Part shown: piece by piece, positions 59,879 to 64,000 of the stretch | How the letters are laid out: each line of letters starts with the position of its first letter | How positions within the stretch are numbered: position 1 is the stretch's first letter | Source of the DNA: Psammoneis japonica | Taxonomy: Eukaryota | Assembly (NCBI GenBank): GCA_008632985.1 | Contig: QPGO01000077.1 | Coordinates: 310,001-374,000 of the forward strand | Reading direction: 5' to 3' | DNA: 64,000 nt | Notes under the pieces: model-generated | Seen by the model: only the letters and a program-made list of their open reading frames with translations | Databases searched by the model: none | What the model was told of the DNA's origin: nothing | Program-made: the position numbers and the translations under genes

Positions 59879-62151
59879 ATGGGGTTTCGCTGTAGACACG
59901 AGTCGATGAGTTTCTTTCGGATTGACTCGAGCATGGTTGCATTCTTCCCGAGAGCAATGGCAATGTCTTCGTATTGTTGTGGTCCATTGTACGCATTCAA
60001 TTCTTCAAGTCCCAAAACCATGTTGGACGACGTTGTGACACGAGAGCACATGTCATCACCGTCACTACGAGTCACAATGGGCACACCGGCATACAAGGAA
60101 TCTTGAGCGACAGTGTGGCCATTGTATGGGTACGAGTCGAGCATGACATTGCAAAAGTCGTGATTCCTCATTTGATGGTCAAATGGGTTTCGTTGCCACG
60201 GGAGAAAATGTATGCGAGAATTCAATTCGTTTCCGTCTCCTTCCACAAAGCTGTCTTCATCGTTATTGTTTTCGGACGTACCCGCAGCCTCGTGAATAAA
60301 TTTGCGGAGATATGGTACGCCCTCTTTGGGATTTTCCAAGAGACAAATCATGCTGTCGGGAACTTCTCTCAGGATTCGAATCCAACTCCGGACAGTTTCA
60401 GGATTATTCTTGAGGAACTTGTTGAAATTGCAGTAGACAATGGATGGCTTCTCGGGACCCACCCCTGGCTTTGCCATGCATCGATTCGCTTGTGGACTGC
60501 CAGTCCCCAACTTGTACGGAGTCTCTGCTGGGGTATAGTCAAAAGTCGGTGCTTTCACCTCGTCCTGAATAGCGTGGCCTTTTGAAAAAAAGTGATTCGG
60601 CATGTAGATAAACTTCTCCGTGTACAAGTTCTCTAGTTCTGGAGGAGACGCAATCTTGTCTGTAAAAATGTAATCCAGATACTGAGCACCATAAGTGCCG
60701 AGAAACTCTTGGTGCAAGATTTGTATAGGCGCCGGTCGCAGAGCAAACAGTCCCTGCGCTCGCTCACCCTGACGAGCATAGCCATCCCATTCAATCAAAA
60801 TGTGGATCCCAGTATCGTGGATCCTTCGTGCCAAGGCCACATGATCAAGCTTGAGTTTTTGCACATCGTGAAAGTAGTCCACGTTGGACTTGACTCGCTC
60901 TCTCCAATCCACTCCCCGCATTCCGTGTTGAATAAACACGGGCGAATCGGCTGGACCCATGGAGAAAATATGAACCTCATACTTGTTCTTGTCAAAAAAT
61001 CGAAACATGTCGTGCGACAAGTACAAGACCGCCTTGGAATTAAAGCCGGATGCGACAAAACCAATCTTGAGCTTAAAGTCGGGCTTTTGCGCCTCACGAA
61101 AGAATCGTTTGAAATCCGCGTCATTGTCATTGCCGTAGGGAAGTCCAGGTGGCAGGGGCTTTAATTTCATGGTTTCCTGATCGATTCTGGCCAGCTTTTC
61201 ATCCAGATACGCCGTACCCTCGGTTACGTAACGTTTCAGAATGGATTCAATCGGATAGCCCAGCATCATGTGTGGGTGAGTCGAGGTGCCCCGTTCCCAA
61301 TGAAAGGTGCCTAATTTTTTGTTCACTGTTCGATACTCGGCTACTTCCTCTTTGGCAATTCGTACAATACGCTCCATGTCTTGATCAAACTGTGTCCCGT
61401 TGAAACCCCAATCAATAATCATGGTTCGGCAATAGACAGCATTCGAACACGAGGGATAGAGTTTTTGGCCCGATTTGAGACAACTCAATTCAAACACATC
61501 AGCACAATCTTCGTATTTGCGGTCACTGAAAAATTTGCTTCCCAAGGCGTACAATTCTTCCGGCGTCATGTTTTCAATTTCGCGACTGGCGGACGGCTTG
61601 TTTTTTGATGAGGTTGTTGTGGTTGTTTGACTCGGAGACGCATCTTTCTTTGTAAGTTCGTCAAGACCAAGTGTCTGTTGGAGCAGCAGTGCGTCTGGAT
61701 GATTCGGATCGACAGCCAGAGCTTGTTTCAGATACATTTTACCCATATCCATTTGACCTCTCCCGACACTCTCGGTTGCAACATAGACAAAGGCATCCGC
61801 CATTTTATCCTGAACAGCAAAACACTGAACAAAGGGTTGAAAGGCTTGCTCCACACTGTATGCATTTCCAGATGACGCATGCATCAGAACGGCACGCCAA
61901 TAGTGCATGGCAGCTCTGTCATACTCTTTTAATCCAAAGAGTCGCTGACCCTCTGCGAGATTGGCCTTGCCATCGGTGTTTGGCACGGTCGTTTCAAAAT
62001 TCAATTCCACGACGGAATTGACAGAAGCAAAGATCGAGACACATAGCATAAGAAATATTATTAGTTTTGAATGCAGCCGCCTCTGTGGTTGTCGGCTCAA
62101 GCAAAGCGACGCCATGTCGGAAAGCGGCAAAGGAGACATCCGTCTCATCAT
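59665..62151 (-). CDS. TPR-containing GT41-family (O-GlcNAc/O-fucose transferase-like) protein with N-terminal hydrophobic segment
   Basis: TPR-like helices; LKIGFVASGF, IHILIEWDGY, FALRPAPIQI, YCNFNKFLK, LDSYPYNGHT..DSLYAGVPIVT. Confidence 0.88.
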   Translation of the reverse strand: MMRRMSPLPLSDMASLCLSRQPQRRLHSKLIIFLMLCVSIFASVNSVVELNFETTVPNTDGKANLAEGQRLFGLKEYDRAAMHYWRAVLMHASSGNAYSVEQAFQPFVQCFAVQDKMADAFVYVATESVGRGQMDMGKMYLKQALAVDPNHPDALLLQQTLGLDELTKKDASPSQTTTTTSSKNKPSASREIENMTPEELYALGSKFFSDRKYEDCADVFELSCLKSGQKLYPSCSNAVYCRTMIIDWGFNGTQFDQDMERIVRIAKEEVAEYRTVNKKLGTFHWERGTSTHPHMMLGYPIESILKRYVTEGTAYLDEKLARIDQETMKLKPLPPGLPYGNDNDADFKRFFREAQKPDFKLKIGFVASGFNSKAVLYLSHDMFRFFDKNKYEVHIFSMGPADSPVFIQHGMRGVDWRERVKSNVDYFHDVQKLKLDHVALARRIHDTGIHILIEWDGYARQGERAQGLFALRPAPIQILHQEFLGTYGAQYLDYIFTDKIASPPELENLYTEKFIYMPNHFFSKGHAIQDEVKAPTFDYTPAETPYKLGTGSPQANRCMAKPGVGPEKPSIVYCNFNKFLKNNPETVRSWIRILREVPDSMICLLENPKEGVPYLRKFIHEAAGTSENNNDEDSFVEGDGNELNSRIHFLPWQRNPFDHQMRNHDFCNVMLDSYPYNGHTVAQDSLYAGVPIVTRSDGDDMCSRVTTSSNMVLGLEELNAYNGPQQYEDIAIALGKNATMLESIRKKLIDSCLQRNPMHPYWDVPRYVKNFQTGLELVWSRYLNGHEPDHVTIEETEDARQGTYDELLISHPPEGTNGGGAVYSNEEL

Positions 62152-62401
62152 TGTTTGCGAAATTTTTGATGGATGTCTACTCGTCTCAAAATGTCTCGCG
62201 CGATCATTTGCATTGCGCGCTCATCGAAGCAGTCTGTCTGCTTGCCAGCCGTCTATCTCTCACCGCAACCATCGATGCGTCAACCAATGGCTGTTTGGCG
62301 GTTGTGCTTTTTGCTCACTTTCTCCGGCTCGCTCCTCGTTTTGCAGCAATCGTTGCATCGACAAGCAGCTTAGACCTTAAACGTCGTAAATCAACATCAC
62401 G

Positions 62402-63790
62402 ATGAAGGTTAAGGCTCTCTCTCGTTCGATTGCGTCCACAGAACGAGAATGTTCCGGTGATTTACGCCGTCAATTTCGAAATCTAGATCCAACGTCCCAT
62501 CCCATGCAACGCGCTCGAGAGTACACTCGCGCCGTCACGGGTGCCAAATTGGAACGCATGTTTGCCAAGCCATTCGTGGGGACGCTGGGAGAGGGACACA
62601 TGGATGCTGTCACAGCGTCGGCCACGTCACGTCGTGCCTTGGTGCCGCTTGTGAGTGGATCGGCCGATGGGGAGATTCGATTGTGGGATTTGGCGAGCCG
62701 CAAACGAGTGGCGACACTGACGGGAGAACATTCGCGTGTCGTGACGGGGCTTGTGTTTGGATTGGACGGGCAAGAATTTTATAGTTGTAGTGATGATGGG
62801 CTTGTCAAGTTGTGGACAACGAATGCTAGAGCAACTAGCGGCAATAGTATCGCTGACGCTGCTGCTTCCTCTCAACATGGTCCGTTGGAAACGTGGAGAA
62901 CACCGGGATCGTTTAAATCGATTGATCATCACTGGCACGAGGAGCAGTTTGCGACTGCTTCTGATGAAAGCGTCAATATTTGGAGTCCTGAACGGAGCTC
63001 GCCTATTCAACGACACGTTGATTTGTGGGGAAGCCACGACACTGTAAATGTTGTGCGATACAATCCAGCCGAGCGAAACTTGTTGGCCCACTGTTCTGCC
63101 GATCGTGGCATTGGATTGCATGATGTCCGAGCAGGAGCCGCACTCAAAAAGACTGTGCTTCAAATGAGATCCAACTGTTTGGAATGGAATCCCATGGAAC
63201 CAATGAACTTTGTGGTGGGAAACGAAGACTACAATGCTTATACCTTTGATATGCGAAAGCTCGATCAACCAACACGAATCTACAAGGGCCACATGAGTGC
63301 CGTCATGAGCGTGGGATGGTCTCCAACAGGACGTGAGTTTGTGACTGGCAGTTATGACAGGACGATTCGCATATTTTCCACAAAGGGCGGAGGTACGGCT
63401 CGGGATATTTACCACACGAAACGTATGCAACGTGTCTTTACGGTTCATTACACGGCAGATCACAAGTACATTGTTTCAGGAAGTGACGACACAAACTTGC
63501 GACTCTGGAAGGCAACCGCATCAGACCAGATTGGACAATTAACATCTCGAGAGGAGGCTGCACTGCGATACCGCCAGACCTTGGTGAAAAAGTATCAACA
63601 CTTGCCCGAAGTCAAGCGTATTAGCAAATCCCGCAAAATTCCCAAAATTATCAAGAAACAGACCGCCATTGTTCAAATACAAAAGGCAAGCTCGGATCGA
63701 AAACAATCCAATCGTATCAAGCATTCCAAGCCGGGGACGGTTGAGTTTCAAAGCGAGCGAAAGAAAACTGTTGTCAAGCAAGTGGATTGA
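62402..63790 (+). CDS. SOF1: DCAF13/SOF1 WD40 SSU processome protein
   Basis: MKVKALSRS, RNLDP..HP..RAREYTRA....KLERMFAKPF, WNPMEP.NF, EFVTGSYDRTIR, YHTKRMQRVF. Confidence 0.96.
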   Translation: MKVKALSRSIASTERECSGDLRRQFRNLDPTSHPMQRAREYTRAVTGAKLERMFAKPFVGTLGEGHMDAVTASATSRRALVPLVSGSADGEIRLWDLASRKRVATLTGEHSRVVTGLVFGLDGQEFYSCSDDGLVKLWTTNARATSGNSIADAAASSQHGPLETWRTPGSFKSIDHHWHEEQFATASDESVNIWSPERSSPIQRHVDLWGSHDTVNVVRYNPAERNLLAHCSADRGIGLHDVRAGAALKKTVLQMRSNCLEWNPMEPMNFVVGNEDYNAYTFDMRKLDQPTRIYKGHMSAVMSVGWSPTGREFVTGSYDRTIRIFSTKGGGTARDIYHTKRMQRVFTVHYTADHKYIVSGSDDTNLRLWKATASDQIGQLTSREEAALRYRQTLVKKYQHLPEVKRISKSRKIPKIIKKQTAIVQIQKASSDRKQSNRIKHSKPGTVEFQSERKKTVVKQVD

Positions 63791-63794
63791 AACA

Positions 63795-63817
63795 TGTGTG
63801 TGTGTGTGTGTGCGTGT
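63795..63817. repeat. (TG)n microsatellite
   Basis: TGTGTGTGTGTGTGTGTGCGTGT right after the SOF1 stop. Confidence 0.8.
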
Positions 63818-64000
63818 TTCGCATTTTCGAGTATGTATTTCAAAGAGTAAATCATAATGCACTCTCGGTATTCTAAGAGTATTGTTAGGAAATTGGTTTG
63901 TAAACGAAGGAATCGCAGGCAAGCACAAAGCAAGCACGCAATCGCATGCATGCCTGTACCTATGCATCGTGCGTACTGTACAAAACAATATACAGCACAA

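Overview
Eukaryotic nuclear DNA, most likely a diatom: short GT-AG introns, a silicanin-like gene, a bipartite plastid-type presequence and CoDi-like copia gag remnants. About 20 host genes are present. They are a GAF-GAF-cyclase, SDH flavoprotein, silicanin-like protein, MPI, SYS1, HDAC, ADAT/ADAR-like deaminase, CNBP-like protein, RNA exonuclease, PLD, PDCD5, DDM1/LSH, a GT41 transferase, SOF1 and several hypotheticals. Three repeat-derived islands interrupt them (~3-11 kb, ~21.1-22.8 kb, ~25.6-34 kb). Single-base indels in essential genes point to uncorrected long-read errors. Highlight 1: the whole four-step histidine utilisation pathway is encoded by two adjacent, convergent fusion genes, HutG-HutI and HutH-HutU. 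Highlight 2: the repeat islands show a strand-symmetric mutation signature in which both CpG and TAY/RTA are lost towards TG/CA. The TA component runs opposite to fungal RIP and appears in a PIF/Harbinger element that still keeps its CpGs. Also found: a gag-only LTR element, a complete TIR-bounded Harbinger element, two MITE-like foldbacks, a decayed HET-like gene and a perfect 341-bp tandem duplication.
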